This document shows positions 50,753 to 60,349 of a DNA stretch of 64,000 nt, in pieces. The translations under genes and the position numbers were made by a program. This DNA is from a virus, in the IMG/VR virus record IMGVR_UViG_3300017955_000001, positions 16,634 to 80,633 of that record; one strand, 5' to 3'. Positions within the stretch are counted from its first letter, which is position 1. Every line of letters starts with the position of its first letter. A model generated the notes under the pieces. That model had not been told where the DNA came from. It saw only the letters and a list, made by a program, of their open reading frames with translations, and ran no database searches.

Positions 50753-51474
50753 GGGGCTCCGGCTGGGTCCTGGTCGCCGCGTGCGCCCTCGCCGGGTGCG
50801 GCGGGGCGCCGTTCACGACGGCGCTCGACTCGCCCGCCGCGCAGGACGACGGCGGGTCGGTCGCGGCGCAGGACGGCGGCCGCGACGACGCGCCGGCCGA
50901 CCCGGTCGAGGCGACGCTGGACAGGCAGGCGACTTCGGGGGACGGGGGCGTTCCCGACGGCGCCGGGCAGGACGCTGGGCAGGACGATGGTGGCGGGGAC
51001 GGCGGGGACGGCGGGGTCGACGCTCCGCGAGCCTGCGTCTCGGACCTGTCCGGGGTGGGGACCGGCGACTTCCGGATCGAGTTCACGATCGCGACCACCG
51101 ACGCGCCCGCGTCGTACATGGCGCTGCTCAACCAGCGCACCCACTGCGACGACACCCGACCCGGGTGGGACGTGTGGATGACGGCTGCCGGCGACCTCGG
51201 GATCGAGGTCTTCGACGGCTCCGCCGGCAGCTACGACAACGTCACGCACGACGGCCGCGCCGTCAACGACGGCGGCCCGCACCGCGTCGCGGTCAGCCGC
51301 AGCGGCGGCGGCACGGTGCTCACCGTGAGCGTCGACGGAGCCGCGCGCAATTACCCCGGCGAACTCGCCATGGCGCTCGGCACGCTCGCTCCGATGGACG
51401 AGGGCAGCGACCCCACGTGCACGGGCGTCAGTCCGATCTCGGGGCAGCTGACCGACGTCTGCGTCGCGCGCTGA
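50749..51474 (+). CDS. Lipoprotein with a LamG/ConA-like domain
   Basis: LAGC lipobox; DGG-rich linker; DFRIEF..VNDGGPHRVAVSR..VSVDG. Confidence 0.8.
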   Translation: MRGSGWVLVAACALAGCGGAPFTTALDSPAAQDDGGSVAAQDGGRDDAPADPVEATLDRQATSGDGGVPDGAGQDAGQDDGGGDGGDGGVDAPRACVSDLSGVGTGDFRIEFTIATTDAPASYMALLNQRTHCDDTRPGWDVWMTAAGDLGIEVFDGSAGSYDNVTHDGRAVNDGGPHRVAVSRSGGGTVLTVSVDGAARNYPGELAMALGTLAPMDEGSDPTCTGVSPISGQLTDVCVAR

Positions 51475-51504
51475 GAACTGCGCGCGACTGAACCAGGAGA
51501 TGAC

Positions 51505-51759
51505 GTGATGGCGTGGAGCCCTACGTGCTTGCAGTGCTCGTTCTCTCAGTTCCGCACGCCGTGTGCGGCGCACTCGAATGAATGGCACTGCACGATGTGC
51601 GGCGAGTACCACCCTAAAGGGCTCAGCCACACGGAGGCTGCCGCACGCTGGCCGCTTCCGGCGGACGACGTGCGCGTCCACCCGCGTGCGCGAAATGGAA
51701 GAATAGATGGTTCGCGCGTGGTGCGCGGATCACGTACTCGAGATACGGATCAGGGGTGA
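51505..51759 (+). CDS. Zn-ribbon hypothetical protein
   Basis: CLQC..CTMCGE; AGGAG SD. Confidence 0.55.
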   Translation: MMAWSPTCLQCSFSQFRTPCAAHSNEWHCTMCGEYHPKGLSHTEAAARWPLPADDVRVHPRARNGRIDGSRVVRGSRTRDTDQG

Positions 51760-52328
51760 CCGATGACGCGGTTACGGAAGAACGTCAGCGTGGGTCGCCC
51801 CCACGGCTCGCCCCGGCTCGTCGCACGCATCCACGCCGTGGCATCGGGCACGTGGTCGAAGCCGAACGCCGCGAAGCGCTCCAGCCAGTAGGGCTCTTCC
51901 TGCTCGTTGACGTGGTGCCAGCCACCCTGCCCGGGGCGCGCGAACGTCATCGCCACGCGTCGGCACTTCTGCAGCGCCGCCATCCAGTTGGCCATGTAGG
52001 CGGCCTCGACGTGCTCGACGAACTCGGCGCACCACCCGAGGTCGTACGTGTCTCGAGGTACGTAGGGCGCGAGAGTGAAGTCGTGCTCGATCATCGGGTC
52101 GCACTGGCGCGCGGCCAGGCAGCGCGGGTCCCCCTCGATGCCGACGGCGTGCAGGCCCCGGTCGACGAACCACTTCGTGGAGAAGCCGCCGCCGCACCCC
52201 ACGTCGAGGACGCTCTTGACGGCGTAGTCGCCGATCAGCCTCTCCCAGATGTCAGGCAGGAACGTGTAGGAGTCGACCTGCGTGACGTGCGACCCGCCGA
52301 GGTGCGGGTCCTGATGGGGGTCTGACAT
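51750..52328 (-). CDS. Class I SAM-dependent methyltransferase
   Basis: SVLDVGCGGG, GIEG, CAEFVEHV, PGQGGWHHVNEQ. Confidence 0.9.
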   Translation of the reverse strand: MSDPHQDPHLGGSHVTQVDSYTFLPDIWERLIGDYAVKSVLDVGCGGGFSTKWFVDRGLHAVGIEGDPRCLAARQCDPMIEHDFTLAPYVPRDTYDLGWCAEFVEHVEAAYMANWMAALQKCRRVAMTFARPGQGGWHHVNEQEEPYWLERFAAFGFDHVPDATAWMRATSRGEPWGRPTLTFFRNRVIGHP

Positions 52329-52341
52329 GATCTCTCCTTCC

Positions 52342-52968
52342 TCAGGGTGGTATGTTCGCGTCGTACTGGTCCACAATGCGCGGGATCACCGTGTAGATCC
52401 GCAGCTGCGTACTCGCGTCGGTGGCCAGCATGGTGTCGACCGGCTTGCGCGCGCCGACCTGGTCGGCCACCTCGCACAGCGTCCTCAGCGCCTTCTTGCG
52501 CACGCAGTACGCGTGCGTGCACTGCGGGCGCGCGTCCGAGTAGACGTCGCCCCTGACGTGCATGCGCGACGCGGACGTGCAGCAGCTGCCCACGTACAGC
52601 ATGTCCCAGTTATCCGGCACGTCGCGCAGTGCGGCGTCGAACCGCGCGCGCCAGTTCGGCTCGAAGCGGGCGTCCGACTCGACCACGAAGAACGCGTCGT
52701 CGGGCAGCAGCAGCAGCGCCGCCCAGAGCGCGCGGTGCGACAGCCAGCACCCGGTCGGCATCATCCCGATCGAGTGGGTCTGGTCGGGGTCCTGCGGTGC
52801 GATGACGGCGGAGGTCACGACCGCGTTGACGCCGATACGCTGCGCGTGGATGCCGTAGAACATCTGCGCGTCGACGCCGCGCTCGGCGAAGTGCGCCCGC
52901 ATGTGGTCCGCGTGCGGCGTGAACTTGCCGTACCGGTCGTCGGTGAGGGTGACGCAGACGGTCCTCAC
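52342..52968 (-). CDS. Glycosyltransferase family 25
   Basis: GCWLSHRALW, VVESDARF, WDMLYVG, THAY, PVD. Confidence 0.85.
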   Translation of the reverse strand: MRTVCVTLTDDRYGKFTPHADHMRAHFAERGVDAQMFYGIHAQRIGVNAVVTSAVIAPQDPDQTHSIGMMPTGCWLSHRALWAALLLLPDDAFFVVESDARFEPNWRARFDAALRDVPDNWDMLYVGSCCTSASRMHVRGDVYSDARPQCTHAYCVRKKALRTLCEVADQVGARKPVDTMLATDASTQLRIYTVIPRIVDQYDANIPP

Positions 52969-54080
52969 GACTGCACGTACCCCGCGTCGTAGGGCGGCCT
53001 GCCCGCCTTGCGCGCTTCGCGGTCAGCGGACAGCTCGTGGTCGGGCGCGGCGGCGTGCCACTCGCGCGCCAGCGCCCCGCTATCGCCTTCGCAGAACGGG
53101 TACAGGGCGGACTCCGGGATCGCCCCGGTCCGGCACTTGTCCCCGATGGGGCAGGCGCCCCGGCATACCCGCTCCTGCACGTCGGCCGCGTACCCGTCGG
53201 GCAACTTCCTGTTGACTCGGCGGCCCGTGATCTCGTTGTGTCGTAATATAGCGTAATTGCACTGGAAGGAGTCCTGGTTGCGGATCCCCCCGCCGTAGCC
53301 GACCTCCCTGCCGGTCTCGGACTTGGTCGGCGGCTCGACGACGTAGAGGTCGCGGTGCATGACGAGCGAGCAGCCCGCCTTGACGACGCGCGTGCCGAAC
53401 TCGCAGTCCTGCAGCGACTTGGTTCCGTCCATTAACTCGTCGAAGCCGTTCAGGGTGACGGCCACGTCGAGCGGCACGAGCGAGTAGCCGAAGTAGTGGT
53501 GCTCGTGGCAAGGTGACACGACGAGCGCCGGGTCGTCGACGAACCGGGCCGCCCTGTGGTCCATGGTGTAGATGTCCTCCTGCGAGAAGCCGTGCAGGTC
53601 GAACTGCACGGGCGGGCACGGGCCGCCCGGCAGCTCGGCGGGCATCGGGCGGCTGCAGTCAGCACGATCGGCTACGCCGTACCAGGCCACCGGGACCTTC
53701 CCCGCGCGGCAGATGGAGGACACGAGCTGCAGGTGGTGGGGCGGGTAGAGGTTGTTCTCGGCGCCCATCCACACGTACTTGCCGTCCGCCCAGACGAACC
53801 CGCGGTTGATCTGCGTCGCGAGCCCCACCCTGCCGCGCGCCTGCCAGTAGTTCGGGGTAGTCGGTACGTGCTTGACGGGGAACGGCTGCGGCCGACCGCG
53901 GAACCAGTCTGGGCGCGTCTCCCACAGCGCGTCGACGAGCACCAGCTCGAAGTCGCGGAACGTCTGGTCGGCGAGCGTGCGCAGGAACGGCTCGAAGCAG
54001 TGCCACCCCGCCGCCTTGCCAGCGTACGGATAGTCGTCCCGGGCGGTGTAGATGAGGACCGTGATCTCCGGCTCAGTCAT
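52965..54080 (-). CDS. GT2-like glycosyltransferase
   Basis: ITVLIY..LADQTFRDFELVLVD..INRGFVWADGKYV; GFDE; DCEFG. Confidence 0.75.
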   Translation of the reverse strand: MTEPEITVLIYTARDDYPYAGKAAGWHCFEPFLRTLADQTFRDFELVLVDALWETRPDWFRGRPQPFPVKHVPTTPNYWQARGRVGLATQINRGFVWADGKYVWMGAENNLYPPHHLQLVSSICRAGKVPVAWYGVADRADCSRPMPAELPGGPCPPVQFDLHGFSQEDIYTMDHRAARFVDDPALVVSPCHEHHYFGYSLVPLDVAVTLNGFDELMDGTKSLQDCEFGTRVVKAGCSLVMHRDLYVVEPPTKSETGREVGYGGGIRNQDSFQCNYAILRHNEITGRRVNRKLPDGYAADVQERVCRGACPIGDKCRTGAIPESALYPFCEGDSGALAREWHAAAPDHELSADREARKAGRPPYDAGYVQS

Positions 54081-54900
54081 CGGCAAGCTCCCGGGCCATC
54101 TCGGCCCACGTCGGTGGCGCGTACCCCGTCGCCTCCGCGAACCTGCTCCCGTCGAGTGAGCGGTCCACGGGCGGCCCGTCCACCCGCTCGACGCGGCAGG
54201 TCAACCCCTCCAGCACGAGCGCCTCGAGCAGGTCCGCCTTGCTGACGGTCGGACCCGCGACATGGTAGAGGCCGGACAGTCCCGGCGTGGCGAGCGCGAG
54301 CCCGACGGCGCGCGCCAGCTCCGGCGCGGACAGGCCGGACCAGAGCGAGCGCGTGTAGCCTTGGACGGGCTCTCCCGCGGCGTCCCTCGCCAGCAGCCAC
54401 TCGAGCAGCCCGCGGCGGCGGCGCGGGTCGCGCCCGACGAACGACGTCCGGATCGTAAGGCAGTGTGGCCCGACTACCTCGCCGGCCGCCTTCGACTTGC
54501 CGTAGGTGTCCTCCGCGTCGGTCGGGTCGCCCTCGCGGTAGCCTCCGGTCCGGCCGCTGAACACGCAGTCGGTCGACACCTGCAGGAACCTGCAACCGCG
54601 ACGGCCCGCGATCGCCGCGATCGCGTGCGGCGCGCGCGCGTTGACGTCCCACACGACACTCGCGTGACGCGTCGAGCACTCGCCCTTGACGATCCCCGCA
54701 CAGTTGACGACCGCGTCGGGGCTCGACCAGTCCACGGCACGCTCGATGTCTGCTGTCCTGGAGATGTTGACCCCTCGAATGAGTCGGTCCTCGTAGTTCC
54801 CGTTCTCCATCGTCGTCCCGAAGACGTCCATCCGGCCGGAGAGCTGGCGCACCAGCGCGGCCCCAAGCATCCCCTGCGCGCCGAGGACGAGCACCCTCAC
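54073..54900 (-). CDS. RmlD-like NDP-4-keto-6-deoxysugar reductase
   Basis: VLGAQGMLG, VVNCAG, STDCVF, YGKSK. Confidence 0.9.
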   Translation of the reverse strand: MRVLVLGAQGMLGAALVRQLSGRMDVFGTTMENGNYEDRLIRGVNISRTADIERAVDWSSPDAVVNCAGIVKGECSTRHASVVWDVNARAPHAIAAIAGRRGCRFLQVSTDCVFSGRTGGYREGDPTDAEDTYGKSKAAGEVVGPHCLTIRTSFVGRDPRRRRGLLEWLLARDAAGEPVQGYTRSLWSGLSAPELARAVGLALATPGLSGLYHVAGPTVSKADLLEALVLEGLTCRVERVDGPPVDRSLDGSRFAEATGYAPPTWAEMARELADD

Positions 54901-55874
54901 GCCGGCACCAGCCCGGCGCGCTCCAGCATCCGGCGCACGCCCGCGACGTCGAGCCTGTCGGTGCTGCGCGACGTGTACTCGCGCGCGGTCGGCGCGGACA
55001 GGTCTTGGTCGCGCGCGCCAGGGTAGATGATGAAGAAGTCTCCGCGCTCCTCGGTCCGCCTCATCTCTTCCTCGTTGACGAGTACCTCGTGCAGTTTCTC
55101 GCCAGGACGCACACCGATGGTCTCACGGGGGTAGTCCGGCCGCGGACTGACGGCCGCCGCGAGATCCGCGATCGTGGCCGCCGGCATCTTCTTGACCCAG
55201 ACTTGTCCGTGCCGGCCGCCGAGGATCGCGGCCAGTGACAGCTCGACGGCCTCGCTGAGGTCGAGCAGGAAACGGGTCATCGTCGGGTCGGTGATCGGCA
55301 GCGGCGACCCCTGCCGGACGCGATCGAGGAAGAGCGGCACGACGCTCCCTCGGCTACCGATCACGTTGCCGTACCGGACGCAGACGAAGCGCGTGTTGTT
55401 CCTCGGCTCCTGCGTGCGCAGCAGGATGCGCTCCATCATCGCCTTGGAGATCCCCATCGCGTTGATCGGCGCGCACGCCTTGTCGGTGGAGATCGCCACG
55501 ACGGCCTCCGGCTGGCACCGGACCGCCGCGCGCCGCACGTTCTCCGAACCGAGCGCGTTGGTCCTGACGGCCTCCACCGGGAACCGCTCGCAGTTGGGCA
55601 CCTGCTTCAGCGCGGCGGCGTGGAACACCCAGCGCGCGCCGCGCATCGCACTCTCGATCGACTCTGGGTCGCGCACGTCCCCGGTCACGAGTTCGATCCT
55701 TGGGTTGTTCCCGTGCTCCTCGCGCAGCGCGTCCTGCTTGCCCTCGTCGCGCGAGAACACGCGGATCTTCTCTACACCCGGCTCGGCGAGCAGTCGACGT
55801 ACGATCGTCTTGCCGAAGCTGCCCGTGCCGCCCGTGACGAGGACCACGCCGGTAAGTCTCGCGTTCGCGCTCAC
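54897..55874 (-). CDS. fnlA: UDP-GlcNAc 4,6-dehydratase (FnlA/CapE/WbjB family)
   Basis: TGGTGSFG, SRDEGKQ, HAAALKQVP, STDKA..NAMGISK, RYGNV..SRGSV, RPGEKLHE. Confidence 0.9.
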   Translation of the reverse strand: MSANARLTGVVLVTGGTGSFGKTIVRRLLAEPGVEKIRVFSRDEGKQDALREEHGNNPRIELVTGDVRDPESIESAMRGARWVFHAAALKQVPNCERFPVEAVRTNALGSENVRRAAVRCQPEAVVAISTDKACAPINAMGISKAMMERILLRTQEPRNNTRFVCVRYGNVIGSRGSVVPLFLDRVRQGSPLPITDPTMTRFLLDLSEAVELSLAAILGGRHGQVWVKKMPAATIADLAAAVSPRPDYPRETIGVRPGEKLHEVLVNEEEMRRTEERGDFFIIYPGARDQDLSAPTAREYTSRSTDRLDVAGVRRMLERAGLVPA

Positions 55875-56488
55875 GTCGACACGGTCTCCTTCGGCGTACG
55901 GTACACTTTCCATCTGTCGTGGTCCTCCGCGAGCGCGCAGCCGCGCTGCGCGAGCATGCCCTGCGCCCTCTGCGTCGAGGGCCAGTCGGCGTCGTCGAAG
56001 ATCCAGAGGCCGCCGGGCCGCACCTTCGGCAGCCACGCCTCGACCTCCTCGCAGGAGACCTCCTCCGAGTGGTTGGAGTCCTGGTGGATCACGTCGATCG
56101 TCCGGTCCACGTAGGTGGAGACTACAGCGCGAGATGTCGCGCGCACCAAGCGCGCGTATGGGGAGAGCATGTGGCAGAACGACCGCGCGTACTGCTCGAT
56201 CACCGCGTAGTCGAGGTGGCCCCACCAGTCCGCGTTCGCCGCGTCGTTGGTACCCTCGAGCGCGGCGTCCGCGGTGAACGGGTCGACGCCGTCGGCGCGG
56301 CCGAAGCCCTGGTCGTGCAGGGCGAGGGCCATCGACCACACGCCCCGCCCACCGAAGACACCCAGCTCGACGCAGAGCGACGCGCCGCGCGCGAGCTGCG
56401 CCATGCGCTTGGCCTTCTCTGGCGTGCACCAGCCCGGGATCATACCCAGGATCCGGTCGATGGCGAGTTCGACTTCCTCTTGGCTCAC
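55871..56488 (-). CDS. Class I SAM methyltransferase (Methyltransf_24-like)
   Basis: VELGVFGGRG, IHQDSNH, GGLWIFDD. Confidence 0.85.
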   Translation of the reverse strand: MSQEEVELAIDRILGMIPGWCTPEKAKRMAQLARGASLCVELGVFGGRGVWSMALALHDQGFGRADGVDPFTADAALEGTNDAANADWWGHLDYAVIEQYARSFCHMLSPYARLVRATSRAVVSTYVDRTIDVIHQDSNHSEEVSCEEVEAWLPKVRPGGLWIFDDADWPSTQRAQGMLAQRGCALAEDHDRWKVYRTPKETVST

Positions 56489-58464
56489 GGCTCGACCCAC
56501 CTCATCTCCCCCACCTCCCGCGCGTCGACGCGCAGCACCCACGCCTCGCGGTCCTCGACCCCGTACGTCAGCACGAGGTCGTCGCCGTCCCGGGCCAGCC
56601 CGGCGCAGAACTCCACGCCGTGGTGGGCGAACACCCACGCCGGCGTCGCGCCGGTGACGCGCCACTCGGCGTCGATCCGAACGAACCGGTGCAGATAAAT
56701 TCTACCGTCCGCGGCGTCGACGACCTCGTGCGTCACGCACAAATAACCGCCGTCGTGCGCGATCGCGGCGCCGCCGCGCAAGTGGTCGAGGGCGAGCGGG
56801 CAGTCGCGCAGCGGCCCGGGCAGGACGGCCGTCGGGTCGAGCGAGTAGATCCACACGAGCTGCCCGCCGACCGACAGCGGCAGCCAGTTCTTCTCGTGGA
56901 GTTGGTTCGACGGCTGGACGTCGGCCCGCTCAATATCTCCGTCATCGTCGATATATAGACGGGCGATGAGCCGCCGCCCCTCCGGGTCGCGGTCGCACAC
57001 CGTGGCGCTCGCGGTGAGGTCGCCGTCGACCGAGACGAGGCGCACGTCCTCGTAGCCGACGATCCCCGACGGGTGCCGCGGCGACGGGTCGAGGTCCTCC
57101 ATGGGCATCGGGTCCACTAGTCGTCCATCCGTCTCTAAGACGCCGAGGTAATTCTCACTCCGGACGACGCCGCGCGGGTCGTGCACGGCGTATTGCCTCC
57201 CTTTGCCGAGCGTGTAATTCACTGCGCGCACGACGCACCAGAGCTGCCCGTCGTGCCGACAGACGCTCGGGTTCATCGGCAGGCGCCCGCCCGGCGGCTC
57301 GAACCGGATCCTGGTAGCGCGTGCGCTCGGGCACGCGCTGCCGATGGGGGGCGGCCGAAGCATCGACCGGGCGGCCTCGCGCGCCGCCGCGGACGCGGAA
57401 CGCGACACGCTGACCCAGTCCGCGTCGCGCGCGCCGGTGCCGGTCACGGCGCGCAGGCGCGCCTGCCGGGCGGCGTGGTACTCGAGGTCGGCGCGCGCCC
57501 TGCCGGGCGCGTCGGGGAGCGCGGCGCGCAGTACGTCGTACGGCAGCTCGTAGAGCGCGGGCAGGTGGCGGAAGTGGGGTCGGTCGACACCGCACCCGCG
57601 GTGGCGCCCCACGGACTCCGCGACCCGCGCCCACGCGACGGCCTGGTCGGTCGCGCCCAGTTTTAGAGCCGACTCGGCGGCGACCCACGCGCACTCGGCG
57701 TACGTCGGGTCGGCGCCGAGCCCCCGCGCGGCCGCGCGGATCGCTGGCTGGTACTCGCCTAGCAGGAGGAGTTGCTCGGCCTGCTTGAAGCTCGCCCACG
57801 CGGCCTCGTGGCCCGCCCCGCGCATCCGCGCGCAGCGGCCGAACGCCCGGGCAGCCTTGGCTCGGTCGCCGACCCCCTCGAGCGCGAGGCCGAGATAAAA
57901 ATGCCAGCGAGGGTCGTCCCCGTGCGACTCGAGGTACTGGCGCAGGAGGGCCACGTCACGCGCGCACTTGCGCCGCACCTGCTCGTCGCTCTTCGCGAGT
58001 TCGCTGAACGTCACGCCGCGCAGCGTCTCGCGGGTGCCGCCGAGGAGGCACTCGTGCGTGGGCCCCACGTACCGCACGTCGGCGGCCGCCCGGATGACCT
58101 TCTCCTTCGGGTAGGAGCCGTCGTCGGCGTCGACGAGCAGCACGTCGACCCGCGCGCGAGAGAGTTCCGCGCGCAGGTCGGTGGAGCCGAAATGAATTCT
58201 TTCGTCCGAGTCTACGACGACGACCCACTCGGCCGACAGCCCGCGCGCGAAGTCGAGCGCCGCGTTGCGCGCAGTCGAGAAGTCCACCCACTCGTGCGCC
58301 GTGACGGCGAGCTTGCTGCCGACGACCTCGCGGGCGCGCGCGACCGTGCGGTCGGTCGCGCCGGTGTCGACAAGCAGGACCAGGTCGACGTGGGGCGCGA
58401 CGCTCGCGACCGCGTCGGCGATCTCGCCCTCCCGGCTATCTGCAATCGTGACGCTCGCGATCAC
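56485..58464 (-). CDS. GT2 - TPR - GH130-like beta-propeller fusion
   Basis: VDTGATDRT, FSTARN, VDSDE; TPR-like FYLGLALE helices; NPS, GYEDVRL, EKNW, EFCAGL. Confidence 0.85.
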   Translation of the reverse strand: MIASVTIADSREGEIADAVASVAPHVDLVLLVDTGATDRTVARAREVVGSKLAVTAHEWVDFSTARNAALDFARGLSAEWVVVVDSDERIHFGSTDLRAELSRARVDVLLVDADDGSYPKEKVIRAAADVRYVGPTHECLLGGTRETLRGVTFSELAKSDEQVRRKCARDVALLRQYLESHGDDPRWHFYLGLALEGVGDRAKAARAFGRCARMRGAGHEAAWASFKQAEQLLLLGEYQPAIRAAARGLGADPTYAECAWVAAESALKLGATDQAVAWARVAESVGRHRGCGVDRPHFRHLPALYELPYDVLRAALPDAPGRARADLEYHAARQARLRAVTGTGARDADWVSVSRSASAAAREAARSMLRPPPIGSACPSARATRIRFEPPGGRLPMNPSVCRHDGQLWCVVRAVNYTLGKGRQYAVHDPRGVVRSENYLGVLETDGRLVDPMPMEDLDPSPRHPSGIVGYEDVRLVSVDGDLTASATVCDRDPEGRRLIARLYIDDDGDIERADVQPSNQLHEKNWLPLSVGGQLVWIYSLDPTAVLPGPLRDCPLALDHLRGGAAIAHDGGYLCVTHEVVDAADGRIYLHRFVRIDAEWRVTGATPAWVFAHHGVEFCAGLARDGDDLVLTYGVEDREAWVLRVDAREVGEMRWVEP

Positions 58465-58493
58465 TGCCCGCCGGATGGTAGTCCGGCGGGCAG
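58464..58493. repeat. Perfect 12-bp hairpin abutting the GT2 start codon
   Basis: CTGCCCGCCGGA-tggtag-TCCGGCGGGCAG. Confidence 0.8.
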
Positions 58494-58510
58494 CCGGGTG
58501 TCACCTGCTA

Positions 58511-58753
58511 TCAGGTCGGGCCGCTCGGCGCGCTGGGGCCCGTGACGGACGTCACGAAGTGACGGCGCAGGAAGATAGGTTGATCGCGGGGACGAGTCGC
58601 CCAGCTCCAGCCGGCGTATTGGCTGTCGTAGTGGCTGCCCGCGTACACGTGGGCTCCGTGTTCGCGGTAGACCGCCTCGTCGATGACGGCCCGAGGAGCG
58701 CCGTTTTGGCTAGCGCCCTGCTTGGCGCGAAGGGTCGTTAGTCTGCGGCGCAT
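58511..58753 (-). CDS. Hypothetical protein
   Basis: GGAGG SD; 80-aa ORF. Confidence 0.5.
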   Translation of the reverse strand: MRRRLTTLRAKQGASQNGAPRAVIDEAVYREHGAHVYAGSHYDSQYAGWSWATRPRDQPIFLRRHFVTSVTGPSAPSGPT

Positions 58754-58833
58754 GTGATATGTCCTCCATTGAAATAGCCCCGCGCCGTGTCACCGGCCGG
58801 GGCCTGGCTCGACCTCGTACTAGGAGGTGAACG

Positions 58834-59511
58834 ATGACGATTGTACGCTATCCATGCGTCGTCTGCGGCAAGTCGAGCCGATCTAGGCGTCGACGAACAT
58901 GCGGCAACAACGCGTGCATCCAGACGGCTGTACGGAAGGGGCAGTTCTCGGGAGGCGCCGTCATAGCTGTCCAAGCAAAGGCTAGGAGAGCTAACCCTTA
59001 CATGAAGGCTGGTGTTTTCTTCGTTCCGCTCACGCAGGGCGCCTTCACGAAGATCGACGTTAGAGACGCTGCCAGAGTAATGAGGTACTGTTGGTACCTC
59101 TATCGACACCCTCAAACGGGAAGGATGTACGCCGTTCGAGAAGTGCGAGGACGTACTGTTCGACTCCACCGCTGGCTCTTGAGCGCGGACGTGACGGAAG
59201 ACGTCGACCACGTGAACGGAGATGGTCTTGACAACCGCAGAAAAAATCTGAGGAAAGCAACAGCGACTCAGAATGCGTGTAACGCGCGAAAGAGAGCGTG
59301 TGGAGCGTCTAAATACAAGGGCGTGACCAGAGATGCGAGTTCGCCCCCATGGCGAGCGCGGATCCGAGTCGACCACAAATTGATACATCTTGAACGTTTT
59401 TATACCGAAGAAGATGCCGCAAGAGTGTACGACGGCGCCGCGCGTCGACTGCACGGCGATTTCGCCCGCGTCAACTTCCCGGTCGGCGATGAGCAGTCCG
59501 CTCTCCACTAG
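58834..59511 (+). mobile_element. HNH-AP2 homing endonuclease gene, inserted antisense in the late operon
   Basis: LHRWL..VDHVNGDGLDNRRKNLR; SKYKGV..WRARI..AARVYD..HGDFARVNF; lower GC. Confidence 0.9.
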
Positions 59512-59792
59512 GACTTCCCCTCTTCCGGATCACCCAGCAGCCGCAGCAGGATCGCGTCGGCCACCATCGCCAGGAAACTCGTCGCCGCGCCGACGACGAC
59601 CGCGTCGACCAGCCACCCTCGCCCGACGGACACGAGCCCGCTGGCCCCCGCCGCGGCGCCGACCCACGTGCCGGTGCACTGGCTGCACTGGAAGAGCGCG
59701 GGCCACCTGCTCTGAATCGGGCGGAACAGCGTCCCGCGCACGACGATGAGCGTCGCGCCAACGAGGGCGCAGAGCAGGATCGCGCCGGTCAT
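59508..59792 (-). CDS. DUF1360-like membrane protein
   Basis: Hydrophobic helices with LFQCSQCTGTWV. Confidence 0.6.
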   Translation of the reverse strand: MTGAILLCALVGATLIVVRGTLFRPIQSRWPALFQCSQCTGTWVGAAAGASGLVSVGRGWLVDAVVVGAATSFLAMVADAILLRLLGDPEEGKS

Positions 59793-60343
59793 CACAGCTC
59801 TTGGGCGCTGATCGAGAGCATGGAGACGCCGGTCACACCGTGGCCCCCGACCGAGTTCCACTCGACCGCCAGCACGACGGGCACGCCGACGGGCAGCGCG
59901 GGGTTCGAGATCCCGATGAACGCGCTGACCAGTTGACCGCTCGCGGCCACCGACCCCCCCGCCGCCGTGATGATCTGAGCCCCGCTCTGGACGCCGCCGA
60001 TCACCGGCGGCGTGCTGGTCCCGAAGACCCACCCGTTCTGCGTGACCGAACCGCCCGACACCGACAGGCCCGTCCCGGTGATGACGACGATGCCGAATCC
60101 GTAGATCTCGGCGTTCACGTCGTTGACGACGGCCATGTTCCCGTTGACCTGGATGAGCCCACTCGTCTTCGGCGTGTACAGCTTCGCCGCGAAGAGAGTG
60201 GGGGGAGAGGTGCCCGGGACGAACGGCGCGTTGAAGTCGACGATCGGCGGCGCGCCGATCGACAGGTTCTGGGCGCCCGCGGAGGACTGCGGGCGCGTCG
60301 GGTACGTCTCCCTGGCGTGTCGACCTCGACCGATGATGTGCAT
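59792..60343 (-). CDS. Putative virion beta-sandwich protein with an IIGRGRHARETYP motif
   Basis: Shared N-terminal motif; C-terminal SISAQEL. Confidence 0.65.
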   Translation of the reverse strand: MHIIGRGRHARETYPTRPQSSAGAQNLSIGAPPIVDFNAPFVPGTSPPTLFAAKLYTPKTSGLIQVNGNMAVVNDVNAEIYGFGIVVITGTGLSVSGGSVTQNGWVFGTSTPPVIGGVQSGAQIITAAGGSVAASGQLVSAFIGISNPALPVGVPVVLAVEWNSVGGHGVTGVSMLSISAQEL

Positions 60344-60349
60344 CTGGAC

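Noticed and set aside
49336-51681. 781-aa ORF as one protein
   Set aside because: Only 49336-49989 has DUF1906 motifs; the rest overlaps genuine genes on both strands.
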